Assembly (NCBI GenBank): GCA_016787995.1
Contig: JAEUTB010000103.1
Span: 39,827-103,826, forward strand
From: Flavobacteriales bacterium
GTDB taxonomy: Bacteria; Bacteroidota; Bacteroidia; Flavobacteriales_F; PHOS-HE28
Direction of reading: 5' to 3'
Length of the DNA: 64,000 bases
In this document: positions 29,121-38,791 of the stretch, piece by piece
Numbering within the stretch: the first letter of the stretch is position 1
Layout of the letters: every line of letters starts with the position of its first letter
Program-made: the position numbers and the translations under genes
Notes under the pieces: generated by a model
What the model saw: only the letters and a program-made list of their open reading frames with translations
What the model was told of the DNA's origin: nothing
Database searches by the model: none

Positions 29121-29483
29121 TTAGGGTTTGCCCGATGTACGACCGCTCGGGCGCGGATTGTAGGTTCGCTTGAATTCGATGCAGCTGTCCAGCGTGACTG
29201 TAGCTGGCAGCGTACCGCGCTTCAGATCTCCTTTGTGGGCGTAATAGCGCACAGATTCATCAGGACATCCGATCAAAATGGCAGCTGCCGCGTAGTTCAG
29301 GTCGCCTTCGGCTGCTGGCTTCGGTCTTGGACGCACCAAGCGCTCCAGTCGCGCCCACATGGTCGCGAAGGCGCGCGCCGCTACATCCTGGGCGACACGC
29401 TCTGCTGCCCGCTCCGCTACACGCTCCAAGTAGGCGCGTACACGCGGATGGCTCAACAGCTCGCTCAGCTCCTGGTCGCTCAT
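29121..29483 (-). CDS. phage early protein, unknown
   Basis: 120-aa ORF, 4-bp overlap with the upstream gene. Confidence 0.45.
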   Translation of the reverse strand: MSDQELSELLSHPRVRAYLERVAERAAERVAQDVAARAFATMWARLERLVRPRPKPAAEGDLNYAAAAILIGCPDESVRYYAHKGDLKRGTLPATVTLDSCIEFKRTYNPRPSGRTSGKP

Positions 29484-29791
29484 AGCGGCAGTTCGACAGG
29501 GAAGTTTGAAATGAACCGGATCGCGGTGACCGCAGTCTGCTCGGCTTCCTTCTTAGCCAGGTCCCTTCTAGTGCCTTTGAAGTGCGCGTTCAGGGTAGCC
29601 TGGACCAGCTCGCCCGCCTCTTCGGCTACAACGGCTGCGCCGTACACGAGGTCCTTCGGCCACTCCGGCCAGGCGCGCTTGGCGGCAAGCAGCTCGTTCA
29701 GGACCAGGCCAACGGCGACCATCTCTTCGTGGCTCAGTTTGTCCAAGAGCTCATGCGTGAGCTGTCGCGCGGTGTTATGGTGTGGTGCCAT
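29480..29791 (-). CDS. possible MazG-like NTP pyrophosphohydrolase-fold protein
   Basis: ~100-aa all-alpha ORF with an EEAGEL…E…D-type acidic motif. Weak. Confidence 0.4.
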   Translation of the reverse strand: MAPHHNTARQLTHELLDKLSHEEMVAVGLVLNELLAAKRAWPEWPKDLVYGAAVVAEEAGELVQATLNAHFKGTRRDLAKKEAEQTAVTAIRFISNFPVELPL

Positions 29792-29794
29792 GGC

Positions 29795-30145
29795 TTAGCC
29801 TAATGTAAAATCAGCGTTCCTGAGCTTTTCCAATAGAACATCGACCACTTTGCCCTTGATGTCGTGAATCTCATCATGGTCGTATCTCTCCAGGCGGACC
29901 ATGCATCCGAATTGAACAAGCCCGGTAATGAACTCATAATCCCAGAGGCGGGCCGTGATGACGACTCCATTCTTGACCATCACTCCGTTAAGGAAGGCAA
30001 TCATTCCAGTGCCGGTTACCTCCATCCGAATTGGATTGCCGTCTTCCTTCAACCAGACCTTTCCGCAGTCGTTGGAATATGCAGGATGGTGGATGGTCGC
30101 GATGATGTTCTTGTAGGGCATGTTCTTGTTGTTTGAGGGATTCAT
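29795..30145 (-). CDS. phage early protein, unknown (lower GC)
   Basis: 116-aa ORF. Confidence 0.45.
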   Translation of the reverse strand: MNPSNNKNMPYKNIIATIHHPAYSNDCGKVWLKEDGNPIRMEVTGTGMIAFLNGVMVKNGVVITARLWDYEFITGLVQFGCMVRLERYDHDEIHDIKGKVVDVLLEKLRNADFTLG

Positions 30146-30148
30146 GGC

Positions 30149-30556
30149 TCAGGTGTGATCAATCCAGCGCTCGGCGCGCAGGTAGGATGCTGGGTACTGC
30201 ATGCGGATGCCCTCGCGATTACACTTCGCGCGGTAGCTGTCGACGTACGAGAAGGCCAGTTGGTGCTTGGCCTCGGGCATACGTTCCCAGAAGGCCATGG
30301 TCTCCTTCTTTCCCTCCTTGACTCCGTACTTGCGCCAGAACTCGTCGAAGGTGACTTTGAGTACCTGGAACTTCAGGTGCGCAGCACGGAAAACTGCCTG
30401 AACGTCCTGCTCCCGCAAGGGTGCGTTGCGGAATGGCCACTCCTGGGCGGCATCGCTGGGCATGTCTTCGACCTGTACCTCGCACAGGAGGCCATTGCCG
30501 TCGTAGCCCAGGATGACGCGACCAGGGGACTTGGTGCCGGTGATGAGGTAGCGCAT
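30149..30556 (-). CDS. phage early protein, unknown
   Basis: 135-aa ORF. Confidence 0.45.
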   Translation of the reverse strand: MRYLITGTKSPGRVILGYDGNGLLCEVQVEDMPSDAAQEWPFRNAPLREQDVQAVFRAAHLKFQVLKVTFDEFWRKYGVKEGKKETMAFWERMPEAKHQLAFSYVDSYRAKCNREGIRMQYPASYLRAERWIDHT

Positions 30557-30559
30557 GGC

Positions 30560-31126
30560 TCAGAACTTATAGAGCGCGGTGAACCGTGCATTGATCGCTT
30601 CGAGCTTCGTCGTCGCGTTCAGGTCGTAGCCGTAGATGTTCAGGCCGGAGAAGGCATCGGACGGCAGGTTGTCACTGATCCACCCAATGAACTCCCATTC
30701 CGCCATGTCCCCGGTGGATAGCGTCTTCCTCGTTTCGATGATCTCGTAGGCGTCCGGCACATCCTTTGGTGCGGCCTCCTTGACGTATTCATCCAGCCAC
30801 GCGATGGCCATGTCGGGGCGGAACACGCGATCCTGTCCGAACTTCTCCATCAGGTACTCGCCGCCCTGCTCCTGAGCGAACCATTCAATGCCGTACCCAA
30901 TATTGCTCACCATGCCGGTTCTCGTAGGCGCATGGTCTCCAGCGATCACAATGCCTTCAGGGGTGAAGAGTATCATCACACTGTTGATACGTCCGCCTTT
31001 CTCCTGTCTCAGCATGTAGCCGCTAAATGCTGGCTCCGCTCCAAGGATCTTTTCCAAGGTGTGGTCCTCGAATACCTTGTCGTACATCTTGCGCAGTTCT
31101 TCACGTGTCATAGGTGGCAGGGGCAA
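30560..31126 (-). CDS. phage early protein, unknown
   Basis: 188-aa ORF. Confidence 0.5.
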   Translation of the reverse strand: MPLPPMTREELRKMYDKVFEDHTLEKILGAEPAFSGYMLRQEKGGRINSVMILFTPEGIVIAGDHAPTRTGMVSNIGYGIEWFAQEQGGEYLMEKFGQDRVFRPDMAIAWLDEYVKEAAPKDVPDAYEIIETRKTLSTGDMAEWEFIGWISDNLPSDAFSGLNIYGYDLNATTKLEAINARFTALYKF

Positions 31127-31226
31127 TGGTTGAACGGAGCTGGTGTGTTGGCAACGACCCAGGCGCCGAGGGCTAGGATGGCTGCCACCAGTGCGGCAGC
31201 CATCAGGGTTACAACAAGCTGGCGTT

Positions 31227-31706
31227 TCATGCCTCGGCCTTGGTTTGGGTCCAACTCACGCGGCCCGCTGCGATGGCATCGCGTAGCTCACTCGCTCCAT
31301 CGCTTTCGCAGGTGCGGCATCCGCAACGGAATGGCGTCTTGAATAGCAACGAGCACACCGAGCGCATGATCTCCGTAGCGGCTGTGCGCATGGTATTTCC
31401 TGCATGCTCGGGCAGGTCCTTTGTCACCGCAAGGGGGCGGATCACCCCGGTGCGTTCAACGATAGTCGTCACCACGGCAATGACATCCGGGTTCTCGCCC
31501 ATGGCCTTGCGAGCCGTGAGCGCCCAGGTGAATTCGGTGATGCTCAGCGGTCGGCCCTGCTTATCCACACAGGTGGTCGCGTGTTCCAGCAGGAGGTTCA
31601 GTAGTTCAATGGCCGTGGTTTCGTTCTTACCCAAGCGGTCCAGTGCATCGTCGAACGTGTCGAAGATGTGCGCGGCCGCTGCCTTGAGTTGTTCGCTGGT
31701 GTGCAT
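31227..31706 (-). CDS. phage early protein with C-terminal Cys cluster
   Basis: 159-aa ORF with …CSLLFKTPFRCGCRTCE…. Confidence 0.45.
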   Translation of the reverse strand: MHTSEQLKAAAAHIFDTFDDALDRLGKNETTAIELLNLLLEHATTCVDKQGRPLSITEFTWALTARKAMGENPDVIAVVTTIVERTGVIRPLAVTKDLPEHAGNTMRTAATEIMRSVCSLLFKTPFRCGCRTCESDGASELRDAIAAGRVSWTQTKAEA

Positions 31707-31709
31707 GGC

Positions 31710-31931
31710 TTAAGCGTTGGTGGTGTTGGTGTCAGCCACGCCGAGTCGTACGAGCTTGTGCTCGCCTGCGGCGATGGTGTCGGCAACGTCTTCAGGATTG
31801 CGGCCATTCAGCCAGTCGAGTTCTACCAGGACGAAGTCTCTGTCAAAGTCAAGGGCAATGCGAACGTTGCGCTTACCGAGGTCTTCGTTCAGCTCGGTGA
31901 GCCAGTCGGGCTTGGAAAGGAAGTGATGCAT
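31710..31931 (-). CDS. phage early small protein
   Basis: 73-aa ORF. Confidence 0.4.
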   Translation of the reverse strand: MHHFLSKPDWLTELNEDLGKRNVRIALDFDRDFVLVELDWLNGRNPEDVADTIAAGEHKLVRLGVADTNTTNA

Positions 31932-31958
31932 GGTCGTCTTTGGGTTTGGGGTTTGGTT

Positions 31959-32279
31959 CTAGTTGGTGTACTGCGTGAGCTTGGGGTCGAGGACCATGAG
32001 CACCATGCGCAGCTCGTTCACATGGCGCTGGTCGGTCATGAATTCCTGGCCTGCGATGGCCATGCGCCGCAGGGCGAGGGCCTGGTACACGGTGAGGATG
32101 AGCTGGTACTCCAGGCGACGAGCAGCGCGGCGCACACGGAGCCGTTCAACCAGCCTTTCAATGATGCTCCACACCATGTTGAGCGCCTCGCCACGGACCT
32201 TGTCCTGTAGCGCTTCCTCCATCACCGCGATGAGGATGCCGAGTTGGTCGTGGTCGACCTTGATGCGTACGTCAGCCAT
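31959..32279 (-). CDS. phage early protein
   Basis: 106-aa ORF. Confidence 0.45.
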   Translation of the reverse strand: MADVRIKVDHDQLGILIAVMEEALQDKVRGEALNMVWSIIERLVERLRVRRAARRLEYQLILTVYQALALRRMAIAGQEFMTDQRHVNELRMVLMVLDPKLTQYTN

Positions 32280-32694
32280 GGTTTGCGAGTAGGGCTTTGA
32301 GGTCGCTTGCCAGGATGGCCTCGGCCTGCGATACCAGCTTGGGTAGCTCGGTCACCGTGTATGCGTTCAACTCCTTCTTGAGGTAGCCGTACTTCCGCAC
32401 CCAGCCGTACACGCGCGGCATGTCGGGTTTGCCTTGGGTGTTGATTACACCTCGGTCCGCGAGGATGGCGATCACCTTGCGCCGCATGCGCTGTGGCGCC
32501 AGCTTCTTCGGGTCGAGATTCATTTCTTCGATGCGGCGCTCCAGGCGCCGCAGTTCGGTATCGTTCAGCTTGCGCAGGCTGTCCGTGGCGCCTTGGGTGA
32601 ACTCGCTGACCAGCTCACCGTGTGTCTCGTATGGCCAGTGCGGGTCGCGCTTCGCGTCGTTCCACAACAGGAAGAATCGTTTGTAGGAGCTCAT
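32272..32694 (-). CDS. phage early protein
   Basis: Start at MSSYKRFFLLW…; ATGA-coupled to the upstream gene 32691-32939. Confidence 0.45.
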   Translation of the reverse strand: MSSYKRFFLLWNDAKRDPHWPYETHGELVSEFTQGATDSLRKLNDTELRRLERRIEEMNLDPKKLAPQRMRRKVIAILADRGVINTQGKPDMPRVYGWVRKYGYLKKELNAYTVTELPKLVSQAEAILASDLKALLANHG

Positions 32695-32939
32695 GATCTC
32701 TGGTCTGGGTTCAAAGAGTTCTTCGATGGCTTTGATGCGGCTGGCGTGGATGGCTGCGGCTCGCTGTGCGCTGCTGTCCAGCTCTGTATCGCCAGCTCCA
32801 GCTCGCGGCGTTCCTCTGGTGTTGATGCCTCGTTCAACTGCCGTTGGAACTGCGCGATCATGTCCGCCACGGCCTGCTGGTACTCCGTGTCGAACAGCGT
32901 GAGGTGAGCCGTGCCAGTTGCCTTCGGTTTGCGAGCCAT
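32691..32939 (-). CDS. phage early small protein
   Basis: 82-aa ORF. Confidence 0.4.
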   Translation of the reverse strand: MARKPKATGTAHLTLFDTEYQQAVADMIAQFQRQLNEASTPEERRELELAIQSWTAAHSEPQPSTPAASKPSKNSLNPDQRS

Positions 32940-32969
32940 GTGTGGTCACGATGTGCTGGCGCCAGTCGT

Positions 32970-33194
32970 TCATCGCACGTTGCTGGCATCAAGCCATTTC
33001 ATCAGAGCCGTGTGGATGCGTTCGCGCGTTTCCGGCCCCTTCTTCACAGGCCCCTGGAAGGTGTTCGGGCCAGAGTCGCGCAGGGTCCAGTTGCGCGGCC
33101 CCACGGTTAGGGTGAGCACGCCGATGGTGTGTGTGCCCAGGATGGGCTTGCTACGCAGTGCGTGGAATTCGCCGATGTACTCGTCGCGGGTCAT
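32970..33194 (-). CDS. phage early small protein
   Basis: Start at MTRDEYIGEF…. Confidence 0.4.
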   Translation of the reverse strand: MTRDEYIGEFHALRSKPILGTHTIGVLTLTVGPRNWTLRDSGPNTFQGPVKKGPETRERIHTALMKWLDASNVR

Positions 33195-33379
33195 TGTAGG
33201 TAGGCTAGGGTTTGGGTAAGGAGGTCGGATAGCGAGGCGAGCTCTGCGGCCAGCTCGGCCTTGCGGTCTGGGTCTGTCTCTTGCTCCCACACGTACTGCT
33301 TCCGCTCGATGAGCTCGCGGTACTGCTCCACATCGCGCTCGATGCGCGTACGGTCGAAGGGTCCTAGTTCGGCGGGCAT
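33191..33379 (-). CDS. phage early small protein
   Basis: 62-aa ORF. Confidence 0.4.
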   Translation of the reverse strand: MPAELGPFDRTRIERDVEQYRELIERKQYVWEQETDPDRKAELAAELASLSDLLTQTLAYLQ

Positions 33380-33394
33380 TTTTCTTCAGTTGAG

Positions 33395-33467
33395 GGGTCA
33401 GAACAGGATTCGAACCTGTATCGTGAGGTGCTACCTCACCGCCTATCCATTTCAGCCATCTGACCCA
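33395..33467 (-). tRNA. tRNA-like gene (phage-encoded) with an extra 5' G(-1):C73 pair; anticodon-loop assignment ambiguous
   Basis: The reverse strand gives GGGTCAGATGGCTGAAATGGATAGGCGGTGAGGTAGCACCTCACGATACAGGTTCGAATCCTGTTCTGACCCC. The T-arm is perfect (ACAGG-TTCGAAT-CCTGT), the acceptor stem is 7 bp, G18G19 sit in the D-loop, and the anticodon stem is GTGAG/CTCAC with loop GTAGCAC. Confidence 0.55.
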
Positions 33468-33597
33468 TGTGGCCGGGGTTCATTCGCCATGACTTCCCCC
33501 CGGCCTGTCCGTGCTGTTCCGGACCGTCACGTGATTCTTGATCTCTTTGATGAATGGGCTGAAAGGATCACGGAACCGTTGACCATTGCGTTGGTTT

Positions 33598-34239
33598 CTA
33601 CATGGCGCTCCAGTTCATCACCACGTCGCGCCACTTTCCTCCCGGCTCGCGGCGGTACGCTCGGATGTACATCTGGCTCGTGGTCGGCTTGTAGGCCTTG
33701 GCCAGAATGTCCAGGGCCTCGCTGAACCGCTTATCGTCGACCGCTTCCTCATGCTTACGCAGGCGAGCCACCAGGCGCTCGTCGTAATCGCCTGTGCCGT
33801 TCTTGCTGAGGATGTCGTCGATGATCCTGTACATCGACTTGTTGCGGCCTTCGAACTTGTCGCGCAGCACGGCCTTGATTGTGTCGATGGCAACCGTGCT
33901 GGTCTCGTCGTATTCACAGCGCCACTGACGTTCGATGCTGACCCTTCGCAGGCCATCGGCACTGGTGAGCGTGTAGCTGTCGATACCGTCCTTCGGTTCA
34001 CGACCCAGCGTCTGGTACATCTTGGTGTGCAACTCGATCCCCAGCTTCACGCTTTCGCCTTTGAAGTCGCGGAGCTGAGCGCTCAGATCCTCCATCTTGG
34101 AGAACACGGTATCGATGTAGCTATCGCGCAGTTGGTCGTAGCCTTTCTTGGCGTTCGCTTTCGCGGCCTTCTCCTCGGCCTTCTTCTTCTTGAGCAGGGC
34201 CTGCAATTCGGCCGCGCTCATGGTCTCAACACTCGACAT
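33598..34239 (-). CDS. phage early protein, Lys/Glu-rich N-terminus
   Basis: 213-aa ORF. Confidence 0.5.
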   Translation of the reverse strand: MSSVETMSAAELQALLKKKKAEEKAAKANAKKGYDQLRDSYIDTVFSKMEDLSAQLRDFKGESVKLGIELHTKMYQTLGREPKDGIDSYTLTSADGLRRVSIERQWRCEYDETSTVAIDTIKAVLRDKFEGRNKSMYRIIDDILSKNGTGDYDERLVARLRKHEEAVDDKRFSEALDILAKAYKPTTSQMYIRAYRREPGGKWRDVVMNWSAM

Positions 34240-34681
34240 GGTTGGTAGGGGTTTGTTGGGGTTGCATTACAGGGGGCAGGACTAGCACGCGCTTCTCCTC
34301 CACGAGCTTCATCCAGGTATCGAAGGCGCGCTGGTAGTGTGCGGTGTACCGAAGGCTGTAGGCCTCATCGAGCATGCGCTTGCGCAGCCATTCCTGGGGC
34401 TGTAACCGCTCCAGGCTCTCAGGCCCGAACCATTCAGCCGCCAGCCGCACTTCGAACGCGCGGAACGTGTGCTCGTACCAGGTCCACCAGCCAATGGCAC
34501 CGAGGTGGTTGCGGTACAGGTCGCATGCGTCCTTGCTGATCGTGCCCACGGGGCGCACCAGGTCATCAAGGCACTGGCACCCGCTCTCCAGGATAAGGAG
34601 GTGGTACTCCAGCTCATCCATGCCGGTGGCCGCTTGCAGCTGCGCACGGGCTTCGTTGCTCAGTTTGATCAGGGCGTTCAT
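34226..34681 (-). CDS. phage early protein
   Basis: 151-aa ORF overlapping the start of the B-like gene. Confidence 0.5.
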   Translation of the reverse strand: MNALIKLSNEARAQLQAATGMDELEYHLLILESGCQCLDDLVRPVGTISKDACDLYRNHLGAIGWWTWYEHTFRAFEVRLAAEWFGPESLERLQPQEWLRKRMLDEAYSLRYTAHYQRAFDTWMKLVEEKRVLVLPPVMQPQQTPTNHVEC

Positions 34682-35580
34682 GCGGCGATGCGGGATTTGA
34701 GGACTTCACGTCGGACCGTACGCATGTCGAACTCGCGGGACAGCATACGGTTGGTGCGTTCGGGGTCGGTGAGGCCGTTAGCCTCGGCCACGAGTAGAGC
34801 CTCAGCTCGGAGGAACTCCTTGCGCTCCTTGGCACCTTCGGGCAGCACGGTAGTGAAGCGGCTACCAAAGCGGCTAAACACCTCTTCAAAGCCGTTCGTG
34901 CGGTTGCGAATGGCGCTGTCGATGCGCTTCTTCAATCCACGCGCACCAACCAGGTACATGCCGCAGCGGAACTCCAGTTCGTTGTAGATGCGCTTGAGGA
35001 GGAGGTAGGTATTGTTGTGCAGGTCACCAGCCTCGTCGATGACGATCACCGGATTCGGCAGCGCGCTCAGGTAGGCAATGGTGTCCAGGAGAACATCCTC
35101 CACCTTGCTCTTGTCGGGGTTGATGCCCACCGCCTGCGCCAGGGCGCGGATGAAGGCCACCTTGCGCGGGAAGCTGCCGCCGTTGATGTAGAAGGCGTTC
35201 GGCGTGTTGGCACAGAACTCCTTGGCCGCATGTGTCTTGCCCAGGCCAGCCTCGTCGCAGAAGATGGCGCTCAGGCCATCCTTGGCGCACATCTCAAGCT
35301 GGCGACGGATGGCACGGTAGGTCATTGTCTCCGCCGTTACCCAGGACTGGCGTGGGCTGAACTCGTAGCCCACCGTGCGTGCGATGCGGATCCACTTCTG
35401 CACGCTCAGCAGCTTGTCATTCGCGCGCCACTTGGCATTCTCGATGTTGCTGAAGTCGCTGCTGGTGATGCCGATGGAGACGGCATACTTGTTCCTGCTG
35501 GTGAAGCCGCTGGCGCGGTATGCCGATAGCAGCTTGCGTGCAATGCCTTCCTTGTGCTGTGTGCTGAGTGCTGGATTCAT
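34678..35580 (-). CDS. MuB-like AAA+ transposition ATPase
   Basis: Walker A CDEAGLGKTHAAKEF and Walker B VIVIDEAGDL. Positioned immediately downstream of the transposase. Confidence 0.8.
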   Translation of the reverse strand: MNPALSTQHKEGIARKLLSAYRASGFTSRNKYAVSIGITSSDFSNIENAKWRANDKLLSVQKWIRIARTVGYEFSPRQSWVTAETMTYRAIRRQLEMCAKDGLSAIFCDEAGLGKTHAAKEFCANTPNAFYINGGSFPRKVAFIRALAQAVGINPDKSKVEDVLLDTIAYLSALPNPVIVIDEAGDLHNNTYLLLKRIYNELEFRCGMYLVGARGLKKRIDSAIRNRTNGFEEVFSRFGSRFTTVLPEGAKERKEFLRAEALLVAEANGLTDPERTNRMLSREFDMRTVRREVLKSRIAA

Positions 35581-35600
35581 CGTTCGGGGGTCTGCTGGTT

Positions 35601-37649
35601 TTAGAAGTTCTCCTCGGCCCAGCGCTCGATGTCTTTGCGCTGTTGGGCTTCGGTGCGTGCGGTATCGAGTGCGGCCTTGTGGCTGCCTTTCTCGGTGAAG
35701 TATCCCTTGGTCACGGCCTCCTCTTCAGGGGCCATCGTGATCAGGTCATCGGTCGTGCGATTCGGCTTGCGGCGCGTGTGCGCCAGCGCATCGGCCAGGA
35801 GCATCTCGGCGAGCTGCTGCACCTGCTCGCGGTCATCGAGTACCTGGTTGATGGCCTCTTGGCTCAAGTCCCTCTTGAAGGCCTCGATGCTGGCGAGGTG
35901 AGCGTGGGTGTCCGGCGTGTGGTCCATCAGCGCCATCGGCACGTGCTGCACGGCTGGCACCAGGTATCGAAGGCTGCCTTCGTTGGCCGTGGCCAGCACG
36001 TCGCTCAGGTCGGCCGGGTCGAAGTAGACCTGGAAGCTGGTGCCGATGTGGCGCTGGAACTCGCGGGTGAGCAGCTGGTAGGGACGTGCTTCGCCGAGTA
36101 GCGTTGGGCAAAGGCCAGCGTTCGTGAGTTCGTTCGTCCATGGGTGGACGCTACCGAAACGCTCCAGGAATACAGGTCGGTCGATGGTGCGCAGGCTTCC
36201 GGCTGGCATCGCCTTCAGTGCGGCCTGGAATGCCTGGACCTTGTCGGCTCGCTCGCGGCCGATGGCTTCGTGTATCTGCTCGATCACCGAGGCTTCGTTC
36301 GGGAAGTCCTTACGGTGCAGGTTCAGCGCATCAGGGTTCGGCTGGTTCTCCTTGCGGCTGGTCACGTTGTGCCCGCTCCAGTTGAAGTTGCGGTTCACGT
36401 AGTGATCGTTGTGCTGCTTGAACCAGGGCTCGATCACCTTGGCGCGTGCGTTGCGTGCTGCGGCTGGCGTGTACTTCACGCCCATGCTGTCGTACCATTC
36501 GCCCAGCGCCTTGTGTCCGAGTCGGTCAGATTGCACTTGGTAGGGCAGTGCGTAGGTGCCGGTGATCTCGCGCATGTGGCGCACCGCGTTGGCCACTGCC
36601 TGCTTGCTCAGTTCGATGGTGTCCTCTTCACCGATGGCGTAGCCTACAGGGTACCAGCTGTGTGGGTCTAGCACCACGGCCACCTTCTTGCGGTGGTGGT
36701 AGGTTCGCTTGCCGCCCACCTCGCGTTGGAAGAGTAGCTCGTAGTCTGTGGCGTCGTGCACCCACAGGTACGTTGGCTGGGATGGGCGGCTGCGGTGAAC
36801 GACCACGCCGTAGGTGTTGTGGTACTGAGCGCTTCCCTTGGCGTAGACCGCTGCCGCGCGGCCGTTGGCGCCATCGCTGAGGAAGGCCTTAACGGTGTTA
36901 GCGCTGATGGTCTGCCAGCCGCGCGTTGCTGCGATCGCGTTGTAGTCCGATGCGATGGTGCGGAGCGGGTAGTTCTGTGGCCTTGCGGCCAGTAGGCGTA
37001 GCACCTTGCGCTGGTCATCGTCAGCCACCTTCGCGCGGTTGGCGTTGCCGTGGCCACCATGGATAAGCGAGGAGGCGCCAGCTTCACCCGACGTGCGTGC
37101 TTTGAGGTAGGCACGCTTGCGCGCCTCCAGTCGGGCGAACGAGGTGGGGAACTTGCTCGGCAGCTTGGCCTTGTTCAGCTTGATGTATTCAAGCACCAGG
37201 GCCTTCAGCGCCATCACGCTCATGCCGTAGTGCATCTGCACAGCCGCGCTCCCTCCCTCCTTGGTCACCGCATCAACGGTGGCCAGCATGGCCATGATGC
37301 GCGATGCGAGGAGCAGCTCGGCACGGCTCTCGGTGGAAAGACCCATGCCGTTGCCGCTGCGGAAGTCATTCAGGTGTGCCTCGTCCTTGGGGTCGAGAAC
37401 GAGCCAGCGCTCTACCATCTGCACGGCCACCACCTGTTCAGGCGTGCCGCCCAGGTGAGCGATGGCCATTGCCTTGATGGCCTCGGGCAGCGATGCCCAG
37501 TCCACCAGCTCTGCGGCGCTGCCCTTCGCCTTCTGTGCGATGGTGATCAGCCCAGCCTTCACCGCGTTCTCGTACGCGGCCTGCCCAAGGCACGCATCGT
37601 TCACCAACTCGTGGCGTTCGATGAGGTATGTGCCGTTGCGGTTGATCAT
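35601..37649 (-). CDS. Mu-type DDE transposase (MuA-like)
   Basis: 682-aa ORF with an N-terminal DNA-binding region and an rve-type catalytic core (…YLWVHDATDYELLF…, D-D-35-E spacing), plus the Mu transposase C-terminal region. Confidence 0.85.
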   Translation of the reverse strand: MINRNGTYLIERHELVNDACLGQAAYENAVKAGLITIAQKAKGSAAELVDWASLPEAIKAMAIAHLGGTPEQVVAVQMVERWLVLDPKDEAHLNDFRSGNGMGLSTESRAELLLASRIMAMLATVDAVTKEGGSAAVQMHYGMSVMALKALVLEYIKLNKAKLPSKFPTSFARLEARKRAYLKARTSGEAGASSLIHGGHGNANRAKVADDDQRKVLRLLAARPQNYPLRTIASDYNAIAATRGWQTISANTVKAFLSDGANGRAAAVYAKGSAQYHNTYGVVVHRSRPSQPTYLWVHDATDYELLFQREVGGKRTYHHRKKVAVVLDPHSWYPVGYAIGEEDTIELSKQAVANAVRHMREITGTYALPYQVQSDRLGHKALGEWYDSMGVKYTPAAARNARAKVIEPWFKQHNDHYVNRNFNWSGHNVTSRKENQPNPDALNLHRKDFPNEASVIEQIHEAIGRERADKVQAFQAALKAMPAGSLRTIDRPVFLERFGSVHPWTNELTNAGLCPTLLGEARPYQLLTREFQRHIGTSFQVYFDPADLSDVLATANEGSLRYLVPAVQHVPMALMDHTPDTHAHLASIEAFKRDLSQEAINQVLDDREQVQQLAEMLLADALAHTRRKPNRTTDDLITMAPEEEAVTKGYFTEKGSHKAALDTARTEAQQRKDIERWAEENF

Positions 37650-37894
37650 GCGCCCAGCTCGCCCTTCAGGCGGTTACGGTCCGTGGTGATGCGGTGAGCG
37701 GCCAGCCAAATGCGACGGGCCAGGGTCGAGTTGTCCGCGCGCCTTTCGGTGATCACCTTGCGCACGTAGTCCGGCGTGGTGCGTGCCACTTCGGCTATCA
37801 CAGGGCGGTCGCCCTTGCGCAGGTCGCGCCTAACCCTGGCCTTGGCGGCAGGGGTTAGCTCGTGAATGCTGCGGGTTGTTACTTTGTCCCTCAT
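37646..37894 (-). CDS. Ner-like small HTH DNA-binding protein
   Basis: 82-aa basic HTH protein immediately upstream of the transposase, overlapping it by 4 bp. Confidence 0.55.
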   Translation of the reverse strand: MRDKVTTRSIHELTPAAKARVRRDLRKGDRPVIAEVARTTPDYVRKVITERRADNSTLARRIWLAAHRITTDRNRLKGELGA

Positions 37895-37968
37895 AAGTGG
37901 GACAAACGTATTGAGGATCCTCTATACTGTCAAGAGGTATCTCAATAGATAGTTTTCAACATCGAAAG

Positions 37969-38385
37969 GTGGGAAGCATCATAGACCGGCTCCAGCAGTT
38001 CATTGAGGCGTATGGCCTCAATAACAACAGCCTCACGGTGAAGGCCGGTCTTAGCGTGGGCCTACTCGGCCAGGCCATCAAAAGCCGGAAGGGCCTGCAC
38101 AGCGACACCATACAGAAAATCCTCAATACCTACCCCGAGGTCAGCGCGGAGTGGTTCGTGATGGGAAGGGGCCGGATGTTGCGCGATGGGCCGAGCGTGC
38201 TGATTGCCGCAGAGCCTCACTCGCCCTATGGCCAGTCCAGGGAGGAGATTATCGAGGCAGCCAAGGAGGCTGCCCGCATAGCAGCTCGTGAAGAGCTCGC
38301 GGCCCTACAAGGGCGAAAACGACAAAGCCCCGTCGCCGTGAGTGACAACGGCGTCGGGGCTACCAAGAGGGATGCCGGGGAATAA
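37969..38385 (+). CDS. phage repressor-like HTH protein (divergent from the early operon)
   Basis: N-terminal HTH_3-like (…YGLNNNSLTVKAGLSVGLLGQAIKSRKGLHSDTIQKIL…), divergent from the ner/A/B operon with a 74-bp spacer. Confidence 0.6.
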   Translation: MGSIIDRLQQFIEAYGLNNNSLTVKAGLSVGLLGQAIKSRKGLHSDTIQKILNTYPEVSAEWFVMGRGRMLRDGPSVLIAAEPHSPYGQSREEIIEAAKEAARIAAREELAALQGRKRQSPVAVSDNGVGATKRDAGE

Positions 38386-38791
38386 CCTACCGCCTCGAAT
38401 GCGTGATGCGTTCGGCCTGGTGTGCGCGATCGCCGCTGCCGCCTGGTCTTTGCTGCGCAAGTTGCTGGGCGCTCGTTAGGTCTGCGGCTGGTGCGCTACT
38501 GCTGCGGGCGGCGAGCTACTCCTAGTTGGCTCCATGCATGGTGCTTTGCGCCATGACCAGACCGATACTATCGAAGGCCAGAGCGCGCAATGTGCGGAGG
38601 TCTCAAGTGTTGTTTTTCGCTCTTCGTCGGAGCAGTGCCTTTGCTCCGTGGTCTACCATGACCACCCGAAGACACATGTTCCGCAGATTCTTGATAGCGC
38701 TGGCGTTCTCCTTATTCCTACGATACCTGGTGAAGCGTAGGAGACCCTGATAGAATGGCTGCTGGCTTATAGCTTTGCAGCATGTTCATCT

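Noticed and set aside
38400-38790. Small ORFs (38526-38750, 38534-38740) and a 26-aa hydrophobic peptide just after the repressor gene
   Set aside because: They are short and mutually overlapping, with no RBS context or conservation evidence. The region is more likely an intergenic/operator segment.
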